Shown: piece after piece, positions 9,497-19,849 of the stretch | How the letters are laid out: each line of letters opens with the position of its first letter | How positions within the stretch are numbered: position 1 is the first letter of the stretch | Assembly (NCBI GenBank): GCA_963796755.1 | Contig: CAWCMX010000005.1 | Location: 840,805-904,804, forward strand | DNA: 64,000 bases | Direction of reading: 5' to 3' | From: an uncultured Acidimicrobiia bacterium | GTDB lineage: Bacteria; Actinomycetota; Acidimicrobiia; IMCC26256; JAENVU01 | The notes under the pieces: model-generated | The model's database searches: none | Told to the model about the DNA's origin: nothing | The model's input: only the letters and a program-made list of their open reading frames with translations | Program-made: the position numbers and the translations under genes

Positions 9497-10372
9497 TCAG
9501 TCGGCGGTTGACGCGGCGAAGCGGAGCATCGATGCCACCGCCTGCTCGGGATCCTCGATGGGACCGAAGTGCCCGCGGCCGGCCCAGACCTCGAGCGTCG
9601 CGTGCGGGAGCTGGTCGACGAGTGCCCGCGCGAAGGCCGGTGTGATGGACGCCGTCGTCTCGCCGCACGCGACGAGCACCGGGACCTCGACGCGGACGAG
9701 GTCCGGGTAGAGGCCGAGGCTCGCGCCCATCATGTAGATGGTGGCCTCGTCCTCCGGGCGGCACTTGAGCTCGACGCTCCCGTCGGGCCGGTCGCGCAAC
9801 CCGTGGTCGACGTAGGCCTCGAGCGCGTCCGCGGTCAGGACGTTGAGCGGCGGCTTCGACGAGTAGGACGCGAACGCCTCGGCGCGTGACGGCCACACGT
9901 CGCGCCGCCGGCGCGCACCGGCCGAGAGCGGGTTGTCGGATCCGGCGAGCACCGGGCTCTCCATGGGGACGACGATCGGCTCGAAGCACCAGATCCGCGG
10001 GTAGGTGTCCGGTTCGCGCACCGCGCCCCAGAGCAGTGACGCGCCACCCTTCGAGTGACCGACGGCGAGGAGCTCGGGCACGCCGGCGAGCTCGAGGTGA
10101 TGGACGACCGCGAGGGCATCCGCGGCGAACTCCTCCCACCGGTACGTCGATCCGGGCGAGGGATCGCTGTCGCCGTGACCGCGGAAGTCGAACGACCACA
10201 CCTTGCGCCCGGCGTCGACGAGCCGGGCCGCGACCGGCGCCCAGACCCGCCCGTGGAAGCCGGTGGGGTGGGCGAGCAGCACCGGATCGCCGTCACCGCC
10301 CCAGTCGTGCACCGCGAGCGAGAGTCCGGACGGCGCGAGAAAGCGGTGCGAGATCGGTACGTTGGCGGGCAC
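9497..10372 (-). CDS. alpha/beta hydrolase
   Basis: Intact ORF. It has an HGxxxxxxW-type N-terminus (LLAHPTGFHGRVW), the nucleophile elbow GHSKGG, and a C-terminal …GRGHFGPIEDPE (catalytic His region). Confidence 0.85.
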   Translation of the reverse strand: MPANVPISHRFLAPSGLSLAVHDWGGDGDPVLLAHPTGFHGRVWAPVAARLVDAGRKVWSFDFRGHGDSDPSPGSTYRWEEFAADALAVVHHLELAGVPELLAVGHSKGGASLLWGAVREPDTYPRIWCFEPIVVPMESPVLAGSDNPLSAGARRRRDVWPSRAEAFASYSSKPPLNVLTADALEAYVDHGLRDRPDGSVELKCRPEDEATIYMMGASLGLYPDLVRVEVPVLVACGETTASITPAFARALVDQLPHATLEVWAGRGHFGPIEDPEQAVASMLRFAASTAD

Positions 10373-10383
10373 GGTGCGCCATC

Positions 10384-10827
10384 ATGGCATTCGTGTCCGA
10401 GCGCGAAGCTGCCGTCGCCGCGGCGAACTCCGCCTACTACGCCGCGTTCGAGTCCCGCGACCTCGACCAGATGGCGGAGGTGTGGGAGCGCACCGACCGG
10501 GCGACGGTCACCCATCCCGGCTGGCCGACGCTGCACGGCTGGGCGCGCGTCGCCGGTTCGTGGGACGCCATCTTCGCGAACACCGCGTTCATCCAGTTCG
10601 TCCTGACCGACGAGGTGGTGCACGTCGCCGGCGAGGCCGCGTGGGTCACGTGCGACGAGAACATCCTGCAGTCCGGCAGCTCGCGCGAAGGCGGCGAGGA
10701 CCTGGCCGAGCTCCAGGGCGGTCGCGTCGCCGCGGTGAACGTCTTCGTGTTCGACGGCGGCCGCTGGCGCATGGTGCTGCATCACGGCTCGCCCGTCGCG
10801 GGCGAGGCCGAGGGCGACGCCGAGTAG
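10384..10827 (+). CDS. SnoaL/NTF2-like (DUF4440-type) protein
   Basis: Last 147 aa of ORF 9886..10827, from ATG 10384. The sequence AANSAYYAAFESRDLDQMAEVWERTDRATVTHPGWPTLHGW…VNVFVFDGGRWRMVLHH is typical of NTF2-fold proteins. Confidence 0.75.
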   Translation: MAFVSEREAAVAAANSAYYAAFESRDLDQMAEVWERTDRATVTHPGWPTLHGWARVAGSWDAIFANTAFIQFVLTDEVVHVAGEAAWVTCDENILQSGSSREGGEDLAELQGGRVAAVNVFVFDGGRWRMVLHHGSPVAGEAEGDAE

Positions 10828-10835
10828 CCCGGGAC

Positions 10836-11981
10836 CTACTTGGCCCGCTCGGCCTCGTGGTCCTGGATGGCCTTGTTGATCGCGTTCGCGGCCTGACCGA
10901 CGAACTCGCCGCCGCTGCCGGTCACCCAGTCGCACGACGCCGCCGTCGCGTCGAGCTGGCCCTTGTACTTCGGCATCACGTACTGGGCGAACAGCTCGGC
11001 GGACCGCAGGGTGGCCGCGGGGGTGGCCCAGTCGTGGCCGAAGAGGAGGAACGCACCGAACCCGCCGTTGCTCGACTCGACCAGCTCGTCGATCTTGGCG
11101 ATCGCGTCCTCCGGGGTCCCGATGACCGCGAAGCCGGCGGCCTTGTTGTTCTCGATGATCTCCTTCGGCGTCTCGCCCTGCACGGGACCGGCCGGGAGGA
11201 TGTGCGTGAAGTAGCGGGAGAACTGCGCGATGCCGTACTCGACCTCCCGCTCCGCCTGCTCGCGGGTCTCGGCGAGGTGCATCGGGCCGACGAGACGCCA
11301 CTTCGAGCGGTCGGCGATGTGCCCGTGCTCGAGCGCGATCTCCTCCCACAGGTTCCAGTGGTGGCCGAGGAGGTCCATGCCCTGCTTCGCGGTGGCCGCG
11401 ACCGAGAGCATGCCGATGCCGTGCTTGCCCGCGGCCCGCGCGCCGGTGGGGGAGAACGAGGCGGCGACCGCGATGTCGAAGCACGGGTCGCTGTACGGCT
11501 TGAGCTGCAGGCGCGCGTCGCGCAGGACGAACCCGTCGGTCTCCATGTTGACGGTCTCGCCGCGCAGCAGCGCCATGATCGCGTCGAGCGACTCTTCCAT
11601 GCGCGGCCGCTGCGAGTCGGCGGGGATGCCGAGCATGTGCGCGTCGGACGTCAGCTGACCGGGGCCGCAGCCGAGCATCGTGCGGCCGCGGGTGAGGTGG
11701 TCGAGCAGGACCATGCGGTCGGCGAGCATCAGCGGGTGGTGGTAGGGCAGCGAGCTCACGCCGGTGCCGAGCTTGATGTGCTTCGTCCGCTCGGCCGCGA
11801 TCCCGATGAAGACCTCGGGCGACGCGATGATCTCGTAGCCGGCCGAGTGGTGCTCACCGACCCACGCCTCGTCGAACCCGAGGCGGTCCAGGTGCTGGAT
11901 CAGCTCCAGGTCGCGCTCGAGCGCGAGCGTCGGGTTCTGTCCCACCGGGTGGAACGGGGCCATGAAGATGCCGAAGTCCAT
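10836..11981 (-). CDS. LLM-class flavin-dependent monooxygenase
   Basis: Intact 381-aa ORF. MDFGIFMAPFHPVGQNPTLALERDLELIQHLDRLGFDEAWVGEHHSAGYEII… is the luciferase-like monooxygenase signature. Confidence 0.85.
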   Translation of the reverse strand: MDFGIFMAPFHPVGQNPTLALERDLELIQHLDRLGFDEAWVGEHHSAGYEIIASPEVFIGIAAERTKHIKLGTGVSSLPYHHPLMLADRMVLLDHLTRGRTMLGCGPGQLTSDAHMLGIPADSQRPRMEESLDAIMALLRGETVNMETDGFVLRDARLQLKPYSDPCFDIAVAASFSPTGARAAGKHGIGMLSVAATAKQGMDLLGHHWNLWEEIALEHGHIADRSKWRLVGPMHLAETREQAEREVEYGIAQFSRYFTHILPAGPVQGETPKEIIENNKAAGFAVIGTPEDAIAKIDELVESSNGGFGAFLLFGHDWATPAATLRSAELFAQYVMPKYKGQLDATAASCDWVTGSGGEFVGQAANAINKAIQDHEAERAK

Positions 11982-12012
11982 AGGCCCATTCGACCTTCAC
12001 TTGACCGCTCGG

Positions 12013-13402
12013 TCAAGACGGGGCCCCGGGAGCCGTCGTGACCGCGGCCGCGGGCAGCTCGAAACCGACCGCGGCACCACCGCCGGCGCGGTTCGTGGCC
12101 CACACGGTGCCGTCGTGGCGCTCGACGATCTGCTTCACGATCGCCAGCCCGAGGCCCGACCCCGGCTCGGTCCGGGCCACGGCGGACCGGTAGAAGCGGT
12201 CGAAGACGAGCGCCTGGTCGGCGGGGTCGATGCCCGGGCCGTCGTCGCGGACCTCCACCCGGCGCCCGTTGAGCGACGATCGCGCGATCGCGCCGGAGCT
12301 GTACTTGACCGCGTTGTCCACGAGGTTCGCGAGCGCGCGCTCGGCCATGTGCGGCCGCACCAGCACGGTGGCGGGCGCGCCTTCGGCGGTGACGGTGATC
12401 TCCCGGCCCGTGCGCCGGCGGGCCCGTTCGGCGATGTCGTCCGCGAGCGCGCGCAACGGGACTGGCTCGGGGGTCTCGTCGTCGGCGCGGTCCGTGGCGA
12501 GCTCGACGAGCTCGGAGACGAGATCCGTCAGCTCGTTGACCTCGAGCCGGATGCCCTGGACCGCCCGCTGCTGCTGCTCCGCGTTGAGGGCATCGGGCCG
12601 GTCGAGGAGCTCGGCGTTGGTGCGCAAGCTGGTCAGGGGCGTGCGCAGCTCGTGGCTCGCATCGGTGACGAGCTGCTGCTGCTGGCGCTTCGAGACCGCG
12701 AGCGCGTCCACCATCGTCGAGAAGCTGGTCGCGAGGCTCCCGACCTCCCCGCCGCCGGTCTCGGGGATCGGTGCTTCGAGGTCCTGGGTCCGGGCGATAC
12801 GCTCCGCGGTGTCGCGCAGCCGCTCGATCGGGCGGACGAGCCGCCGGGCGAATGCCCAGCCCAGGATCGCGGCCGCCGCGATCCCGACGAGGCTCAGTGC
12901 GAGCAGCTGCAGGCGCAGCGACGACAGGACGTTCTCGGTCTCGTCGAGCGAACGGGCGGTCTGGAGCGCGCCACCGTCGAGCCACGGCGTGGTCAGGACG
13001 CGGTAGTTGGTGCCGCGCGACGCTGACGGTGTGCAGCCGGGGCCGGCCGCCCGTGCGCACGACCGCGAGGTCCGACGACCCGACGGGCAGCTTCGCTCCA
13101 CCCGCGATGCACACGTGCACGGTGCCGTGCGCGTCGATCACCTGCGCGGCGGCGGCCGGCTGCACCGCACCCGGTGGCGGGCAACCCTGCAGCGTGCCGA
13201 ACCGGTTCCCTCCGAACCCGGGGTCGGGGTTGCGCTCGCCGCCGTTCTGCCCGTCGAACGACTGGGCCCGGGCGAGGAGGGAGTCGTCGATGCTGCTGTA
13301 GAGCTGGTGCGACGTCGTGAGGTACGCGCCCGTCGCGCCGATGGCGCAGACGAGCGCGGCGATCAGCGCGAGGCCGAGCGCGATGCGCCAGCGGAGGCTC
13401 AT
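12013..13402 (-). pseudogene. two-component sensor histidine kinase (HAMP-HisKA-HATPase), one apparent frameshift (~13015)
   Basis: The N-terminus [28 protein letters not shown]… lies in frame of 11900..14119. The rest lies in 12013..13101 (…FVTDASHELRTPLTSL… H-box; NLVDNAVKY, DDGPGI, GSGLGLAIV). The start ATG overlaps the regulator stop (ATGA at 13399..13402). Confidence 0.8.
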
Positions 13403-14095
13403 GGCTCGCGCACCACGTACCCGACGCCGCGGACGGTGTGGAGGAGGCGGGGCTCGCCGTCGGCCTCGGTCTTGCGCCGGAGGTACCCGATGTACACGTC
13501 GAGCGAGCGTGACCCGGTCTCGAAGTCGAAGCCCCAGATCCGGTCGTAGATCGTGTCGCGGCCGAGCACGATCCCCGCGTTGAGCATGAGCAGCTCGAGC
13601 AGGTCGAACTCCGTCTTGGTGAGCTCCAGCACCCGTTCCGCCGCGCTCGGCGCGGCGGCGCAACGGGTCGAGGCTGAGGTCCGCGACGCGGAGCAGGTCC
13701 TCGCTCCCGGAGACGCTCGTGCGGCGCAGGAGCGCACGGAGGCGGGCGAGCAGCTCGTCGAGCGAGAACGGCTTGGCGAGGTAGTCGTCCGCGCCGGCGT
13801 CCAAGCCGGACACGCGGTCGGAGACCTCGTGGCGGGCGGTGAGCATCAGGATCGGCGTGCGGCACTTTCCCGCGCGCAACCGCCGGCACACGGTGAGCCC
13901 GTCGAGGACCGGCATCATGATGTCGAGGATGATCACGTCCGGTTCGCGCAGTGCGATCGACTCCAGGGCCTGCGCCCCGTCGTTGACTGCCTCGACGTCG
14001 TAACCCTCGACGCCGAGGGCGAGGACGAGCGACTCGCGCACGCTGCGGTCGTCCTCGGCGATGAGGACTCGGGAACCCGGCTCGATCGTGGCCAT
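13399..14095 (-). pseudogene. OmpR-family response regulator, one apparent frameshift (~13640)
   Basis: The receiver domain starts at ATG 14095 (MATIEPGSRVLIAEDDRSVRESL…DVIILDIMMPVLDG…LMLTAR…DDYLAKPF). The winged-helix part lies in 13399..13737 ([18 protein letters not shown]…[11 protein letters not shown]…[11 protein letters not shown]). Confidence 0.8.
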
Positions 14096-14278
14096 GGTCA
14101 CGAACGATACGAGGCCCACGCGAGAGCGACGTAAGACCGTCGTCAGACCGTCGTCGGACTTTTCTTACCGGCCTTTCGCGCCGCCTCTTCAGGATCTCTT
14201 ACCTCGCCCTCCGACGATGTCCTCCACATCGAGAGCGTCATCACCACGATCCGTCCTCCCCCCATGAAGGAGCGTGAG

Positions 14279-15505
14279 ATGCCCGACGCGAACCCCCGCC
14301 GGAAGCGAGCGCATCCGGCCCGTCGAGCCCGGAAGGCCGCAGCCGGCGCGAGCGTTGCCGCACTGCTCGGCCTCGGTGGCGTGATGGCGGTCCAGGCGAC
14401 CGACGCGACGGCCACCGCCGCGACCGTCGGCGAGCAGCCAGCGCGACCACGGCGACGACCGCGACCACGGCGGCGACGACGGCGGCTGCGAGCACGTGGG
14501 CCGCGACCGGCGCGACGTCGTCCACCGGCTCGTCCACCTCGTCGAGCGGCTCCACGAGTGCGGACACCTCCAGTCGTGCGAGCTGACGCGTCGTTCCCCG
14601 TCATGGGCACGACCGCCGACGTCACAGTCGTCGGCGGGCCCCGTGCGCTGCTCGACGTGGCCCGCGGCCGGCTCACCGATCTGGAGCACCGCTGGAGCCG
14701 CTTCATCCCGACGAGCGAGGTCAGCCGGCTGAACCGCGCCGACGGGTTGCCCACCCGCGTGTCGTCCGAGACCCGGTTGCTCGTGCAACGCGCGCTCGAA
14801 GGGCACGAAGTGACCGGCGGGCGGTTCGATCCGACGCTGCTCGGTGCGGTGCTGCGGGCCGGGTACGTCGAGTCCTTCGACCGGATCGGGCGCCGGCCGC
14901 GGCGCGTCGCGTCCAGCCTCGTCACCGGGGCGCGACGGATCGAGGTCGACGAAGCCGCGGGCACCGTGCGGATCCCGGTCGGCGTCGGGTTCGACCCGGG
15001 CGGGATCGGGAAGGGGCTCGCGGCCGACCTCGTGGCCGAGGAGCTGTTCGAGCTCGGCGCCGGCGGGGCGTGCGTCAACGTCGGTGGCGACGCGCGCGGT
15101 CCTCGGCGCGCCGCCCGACGGCGAGGCCTGGCGGGTGTCGGTCGAGAGCCCGTGGGCGCACGACGCGCCGCTCGCGCAGCTCCGCCTGCAGGACGGCGCG
15201 GTGGCGACGAGCTCCCGGTTGCGCCGTCGTTGGGTGCGCGAGGACGGCGTGCCGCAGCACCACCTCGTCGATCCCGCGACCGGGATCAGCTCGCACTCGC
15301 CGGTGCTCGCCGCGACCGCGTGGTCGCGTCCGAGGGCTGGAAGGCCGAGGTGCTCTCCAAGGCCGCGTTCCTCGACGCGGGCCGTGGGCTCGAGCTCATC
15401 GATCAGCTCGGCGCGGCGGCCCTCGTCATCGTCCCCGACGGCTCGCTCACGACGTCGACGTGGGCCGCGCTCACCGACGACCGGACCGCGGAGGCGCTCC
15501 CGTGA
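14279..15505 (+). pseudogene. FAD:protein FMN transferase (ApbE family) with N-terminal signal/anchor; at least two apparent frameshifts (~15093, ~15320), possibly two more in the leader
   Basis: ATG 14279 is preceded by GAAGGAG. A signal-like RRKRAHPARRARKAAAGASVAALLGLGGVMAVQA is present. ApbE motifs are FPVMGTTADVTVVG, FDPGGIGKG and CVNVGGD. The middle AVLGAPPDGEAWRVSVESPW…HHLVDPATG lies in frame of 14844..16217, then the sequence returns to the original frame (VVASEGWKAEVLSKAAFL). Confidence 0.75.
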
Positions 15506-16119
15506 CCAGCCAGCTGTGGTGGTACACCGCGCGCGCCGGCGGCATCGTCGCGTGGGCGCTGCTCGCCACGAGCGTCGTGTGGGGTCTGCTCCTCTCGACC
15601 CGCCTTCGCCCGGGCGGGGTACGGCCCGCGTGGACCCTCGACCTCCATCGCTTCCTCGGTGGGCTCGCGGTGATCTTCGTCGGCGTCCACGTCGCGGGGA
15701 TCGTCCTCGACTCGTACGTCCACTTCGGTCTCGCCGACGTGCTGGTCCCGTTCGCCGCGTCCTGGCATCCGACGTGGGTCGCGTGGGGCATCGTGTCGAT
15801 GTACCTGATGCTGGCCGTCGAGCTCACTTCGCTGACCCGGCGCTGGCTGTCGCCCCGGCTCTGGCGGCGGATCCACGTGCTCTCCCTGCCGCTCTTCGCG
15901 CTGGCCACCGTGCACTTCGTCCTGACCGGGACGGACGCGGGCAACCCGTTCGCGATCGCCGGCATCGCCATCTCGTCCGTGGCCGTCGCCGGGCTCGTGT
16001 TCCGGCGCATCGTGCGCAGCCGGCTCCGCCCGCCCCACCTGCCCGGGGCCGGTGGGCCGGCTGCGCCACAACCGGTGCGCGTCCGGATCCCGGAGTCAGT
16101 GGGAGCACCCGGAGCCTGA
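15502..16119 (+). CDS. ferric reductase-like transmembrane domain protein
   Basis: GTG 15502 overlaps the ApbE stop (GTGA). VTSQLWWYTARAGGIVAWALLATSVVWGLLLS…LHRFLGGLAVIFVGVHV…IHVLSLPLFALATVHFV carries multiple TM helices with conserved His pairs. Confidence 0.8.
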   Translation: MTSQLWWYTARAGGIVAWALLATSVVWGLLLSTRLRPGGVRPAWTLDLHRFLGGLAVIFVGVHVAGIVLDSYVHFGLADVLVPFAASWHPTWVAWGIVSMYLMLAVELTSLTRRWLSPRLWRRIHVLSLPLFALATVHFVLTGTDAGNPFAIAGIAISSVAVAGLVFRRIVRSRLRPPHLPGAGGPAAPQPVRVRIPESVGAPGA

Positions 16120-16147
16120 GGGCGCGCGCGGAACGCGGGCTGTGGCG

Positions 16148-16870
16148 CTACGGGAGCTGCGTGGTGACCCAGCGCTCGAGCGCGGGACCGCTCTCGAAGG
16201 AGCTGATCAGCGCGTAGCGCGGCTCGGTGCCGTTGTGCACCACGACGTGCCAGAGCCGCTGCGTGTCGACGACGAACTGCGACCCCCGCTGCAGCGGGAC
16301 CCGGATCTCCGTGGCCGGATCGGGCAGCCCGTCGGCGCCCGACTCCATGAGCAGCATGTAGCTGTCGGGGTTGTCGGTGAGCTCGAGCCACGACCGGACG
16401 ACCCAACCCTCGGTGTCGGGATTGAACCGGTTGTTGTCGTCACGGTGGAAGTTGCGGATCGCCGTGGCGTGGTCCTGGGGCTCCAGCTTGATCGTGCGCA
16501 CCCGCCCGAAGTTCGCGCCGACGTCCTCCACGTACTGCTTGATGGTGGGGCACAACGCCGCATTGGTCGTGAAGATCGCGTTCTTGTCCGAGCGCTCGTT
16601 GCCCTGGTTCCAGAACCCGCGGCAGTCGAGCCGGCCGTCCGCCGTCGCGATCGGGGCGAAGTTCGTGTCGCCTCCGCTCTTCCAGTCCAGGTACTCCAGG
16701 TCGAGGTACTCGTGCGCCGGCACCGGCTCGGCGAGGTCGCGCAGCTGCACCAGGCCGCGCTCGCGCATCACGCCGAGTCGGGGGTGCGGGGTGTCGAGCG
16801 GGATCTCGACCGACCAGTGCTCCTGGTTCGGCCAGAACGGCTTCGCCGAGTCGACGGGGGAAGAGGCCAT
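16148..16870 (-). CDS. conserved hypothetical protein (possible cupin/2-His-1-carboxylate dioxygenase-like)
   Basis: Intact 240-aa ORF with non-biased composition. HxD…H-like residues are present (IRNFHRDDN … LWHVVVHNG). I recognise no family with confidence. Confidence 0.55.
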   Translation of the reverse strand: MASSPVDSAKPFWPNQEHWSVEIPLDTPHPRLGVMRERGLVQLRDLAEPVPAHEYLDLEYLDWKSGGDTNFAPIATADGRLDCRGFWNQGNERSDKNAIFTTNAALCPTIKQYVEDVGANFGRVRTIKLEPQDHATAIRNFHRDDNNRFNPDTEGWVVRSWLELTDNPDSYMLLMESGADGLPDPATEIRVPLQRGSQFVVDTQRLWHVVVHNGTEPRYALISSFESGPALERWVTTQLP

Positions 16871-16943
16871 GGGATCCAGTCTAGGGACGGGCCCCGCCGG
16901 ATCGCCGTACCGCGTCGTGGACGCCGTGCCCAGGGCTGTCTCG

Positions 16944-17873
16944 TCAGGCCGTGCCGCGTGTGGCGGACCACGTCCGCTGCAGCCACGCGACCGTCACGCG
17001 GCCCTGCGCGCGCTGGAACTCGCGCAGCGTGGGCAACCCCGGCGGGTCGCGGTGCCGTCCTCGCTCGGTGAAGTACCCCGCCAGCGCGGCGATGACCGGG
17101 AGCAGCGCGTGCGGGTCGAGATCGCCGAGGCCCGCGAGCTCGAGCACCGACTCGGGTGCGCCACCGCCTTCCAGCTCGATCGACGGCAGCATGCAGGCGA
17201 GGTCGAACCAGCCGGCGCCGACGCAGGTGGCGGTCCAGTCGACGAACACGATGTCGCCCGCCTCGGTGATGAGCGTGTTGTCGCTGCGCAGGTCACCGTG
17301 CACGAGTCGGTCGCCGCGCGCCGCCTCGGCCCAGGTCGCCTCCAGCGCGGCGAGCTCCATGACGACGCTCGCGACACCACGGATCGTCGACGGCCTCCGG
17401 CGAGCCGGTCAAGATGCGCCAGCCGTCGAACAACGGGCCGAACTCCTCGGCGACCGTTTGTAGCGGCGCGCGCGGCTCCAGGTCGGCGAGCGCGACGACG
17501 GCCTGGACGACCGCGGCGAGCTCGGCGTGGTCCCACGGCGTGGTGGGCAACCGACCGTCGACGGATTCGAAGACGAGCACGATCCACGGTTCGTCGTCGA
17601 TGACGTGCAGGAGCTGCGGCGCCGGTGTCCCCGCAGGGAGCGCGGCGGCGATGGCGATCTCGCGCCGCACCCCGCGGGCGTCTCCGGGTTCTGCGCCGGC
17701 GACGCGGCCTTGATGAAGACGCGGCGGCCGTCGGCGAGCGCGCACTTGGCCGCGAGCCCCGGTCCGTAGCCGCCGGTCTGGCCGACGGCGTCGACCACCC
17801 GGCTCCCGCACGCCCGCGCGATCTCTTCACGCACCGGGGTCGGAAGCTCGGTCCACTGCAGCCGGTGGCTCAT
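16944..17873 (-). pseudogene. aminoglycoside-phosphotransferase-fold (APH) kinase family protein, two apparent frameshifts (~17680, ~17365)
   Basis: MSHRLQWTELPTPVREEIARACGS…RVFIKAASP lies in the 17409..18248 frame. …REIAIAAALPAGTPAPQLLHVIDDEPWIVLVFESVDG… lies in 17293..17811. The catalytic part LVHGDLRSDNTLI…IVFVDW lies in 16944..17360. Confidence 0.75.
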
Positions 17874-17893
17874 CGCAGGACGCCTCGGCGCGC

Positions 17894-18571
17894 TCAGGTC
17901 GACAGACCGGCCCAGCCGCTGCCGATGAGCTTGGCGCCGAGCACGAGGAGCACGACCATCATGATCACGGCGTTGTGGCCACCCATGACGTCCTTGATGG
18001 ACGCGAGCGGCTTGGTGGCGCGGTCGCCGCCGAACAGGAAGAAGATCACGGGTCCCGCAACCGTGAACGACCCGATGATGACGAAGACGGCGACCGCGGT
18101 CGCGCTGTCCGTCGTGCTGAGCCCGGCCTGGGCGATCGACGCGGCGGCCGCGAGGGTGAGTGCGAGGTTCTTCGGGTTGACGCCGGAGAGGAGCGCCCCG
18201 AACAGGAACGAGCGGCCGGGGGTGAACTTGTCGATCGCCGCCATCCACTTCGGCAATGCCGGCGTCTCACCCTCCTTCGGGCGACTCCGCCACTGCTTCA
18301 GCGCCATGAACAGGAACGCGACCCCGAGGGCGAGCTTGATGACGTCGACGGTGTCCGACGATCCACTGTTGGGCTTGTCGGAGCCCCCGGCGGCCACGAG
18401 CACCACGACGCTGACCACCACCAGTCCGACGACCCAGCCGAGCGCGAACGCGGGACCGTTCGATCGAGCCTTGGGCGTGCCGAGCATGAGGATCACTGCG
18501 ACGATGGGAATCGGGCTGAGCGCGACGCCGACTGCGACGGGCAGCAGATCTCCGATCACCTGACTCAGCAC
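17894..18571 (-). CDS. GAP-family (DUF2910/Sap-like) integral membrane protein
   Basis: C-terminal 226 aa of ORF 17894..19039, from GTG 18571 (GGGAG 7 nt upstream). VLSQVIGDLLPVAVGVALSPIPIVAVILMLGTPKA… has about six TM helices. Confidence 0.7.
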   Translation of the reverse strand: MLSQVIGDLLPVAVGVALSPIPIVAVILMLGTPKARSNGPAFALGWVVGLVVVSVVVLVAAGGSDKPNSGSSDTVDVIKLALGVAFLFMALKQWRSRPKEGETPALPKWMAAIDKFTPGRSFLFGALLSGVNPKNLALTLAAAASIAQAGLSTTDSATAVAVFVIIGSFTVAGPVIFFLFGGDRATKPLASIKDVMGGHNAVIMMVVLLVLGAKLIGSGWAGLST

Positions 18572-18667
18572 ATCGCGCTCCCTCTGCCGGGCGTGTCCCC
18601 GGCGCATTGTGCCCCGTCGGCGACGGTCCGACCGGGCATTCACCGTTTGCGGAAGAGTGTGCCGGTG

Positions 18668-19394
18668 ATGTCGGCCGAACGAGACGCCACGCGACGCGTT
18701 CGGGTCGCGGCGCGGAACAACGCGGAGCTGTGCGATCTCGTGTGCAGGGGACAGGGCGTGGTCGGATCGTTCGCACCGGACGCGTGGACCAGCCCCCGCC
18801 GAACCCCGCGCTACTACCCGGACGCAGTGACGCTCGATCCGCGTGTGGAGATGGGCGGGCTGCTGGCGCGGCATCGACGCGTCGGCCGGCGCGTCGGTCA
18901 AGGACAGCTTCGCGACGTTGGACCTCGGCGGCGAGTCGTTCGGGGAGCTGTTCGCGGCGGAATGGGTCGCGCGGTCTGCGGATGCTCCGGTGGCTGGATG
19001 GTCCGACGGTGCTCGGAGGTTCCGGTGGTCGAGCGTCACCGACGCCCGTTCGCTCGAAGCCTGGGAGTCCGCGTGGAGCGAGGACGACGTCGCCCGCGGG
19101 TTGTTCGCACCGGCGCTGCTCGACGCGCCGGAGATCGTGGTCCTGCGCGGCGACCTCGACGGCGCGATCGTCGCGGGTGCAATCCTGAATTGCAGCGAGT
19201 CGGTCGTCGGCGTGTCGAACCTCTTCGCATCGACGGGCGATCCCGTGGAGGTGTGGCGCGGTTGCGTCGACGAGGTGGTGACGCGGTTCCCGGGCTCCGA
19301 GATCGTCGGCTACGAATCCGGCCCGGCACTGGACGTGGCGCTTCGCGCCGGCTTCGAGTCGATCGGCCCCCTGCGCGTCTGGATCAAGGAGTGA
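18668..19394 (+). pseudogene. hypothetical protein, acetyltransferase-like neighbourhood, one apparent frameshift (~18850)
   Basis: MSAERDATRRVRVAARNNAELCDLVCRGQGVVGSFAPDAWTSPRRTPRYYPDAVTLDPRV (frame of 17975..19849) joins ORF 18843..19394 (…GIDASAGASVKDSFATLDLGG…VVLRGDLDGAIVAGAILNCSESVVGVSNLF…). Confidence 0.55.
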
Positions 19395-19849
19395 GCGTGA
19401 CGCCGGTCCGCCTCGACCTCGACGACGACGTGACGAGCGTCTCGGTGCTCGCCCTGCAACGCGCCGCGTACGCGGTCGAAGCGCGGCTGATCGGCTCGGA
19501 CGCCATCCCGGCGCTGCGCGAGACGCTGGGCGAGCTGCGACGCGCACCGGAGCAGTGGATCGGGTGCGGATCCGGCCCGGAGCTCGTTGCGGCGCTGGCG
19601 TACCTGGAGACGCCCGAGGTGCTCGACATCTCGCGGCTGATGGTCTCGCCGGCCGCGGCGCGCCGGGGCTTCGGCGAGCGACTGGTGCGTTCGATCCTCG
19701 AGCTGGTGCCGCGGCCGATGACCATCGTCTCGACCGGTTCGGCGAACGCGCCTGCGGTTGCGCTGTACCGGAAGCTCGGATTCGATGCGGTCGGTGAGGA
19801 AGAGGTCCGGCCCAGCCTCACCGTGACCCACTTCGAGCGGCGGCGATGA
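19391..19849 (+). CDS. GNAT-family N-acetyltransferase
   Basis: Last 152 aa of ORF 17975..19849. GTG 19391 overlaps the upstream stop. …LDISRLMVSPAAARRGFGERLVRSILE…ANAPAVALYRKLGF is the acetyl-CoA-binding R-x-x-G-x-G motif region. Confidence 0.75.
   Translation: MSVTPVRLDLDDDVTSVSVLALQRAAYAVEARLIGSDAIPALRETLGELRRAPEQWIGCGSGPELVAALAYLETPEVLDISRLMVSPAAARRGFGERLVRSILELVPRPMTIVSTGSANAPAVALYRKLGFDAVGEEEVRPSLTVTHFERRR

Noticed and set aside
14241-14567. Minus-strand ORF (…VAAVVAVVAVVALAARRR…) antisense to the ApbE leader.
   Set aside because: It is the reverse complement of a low-complexity GC-rich tract. It has no start context and overlaps the signal-peptide and linker region of ApbE.
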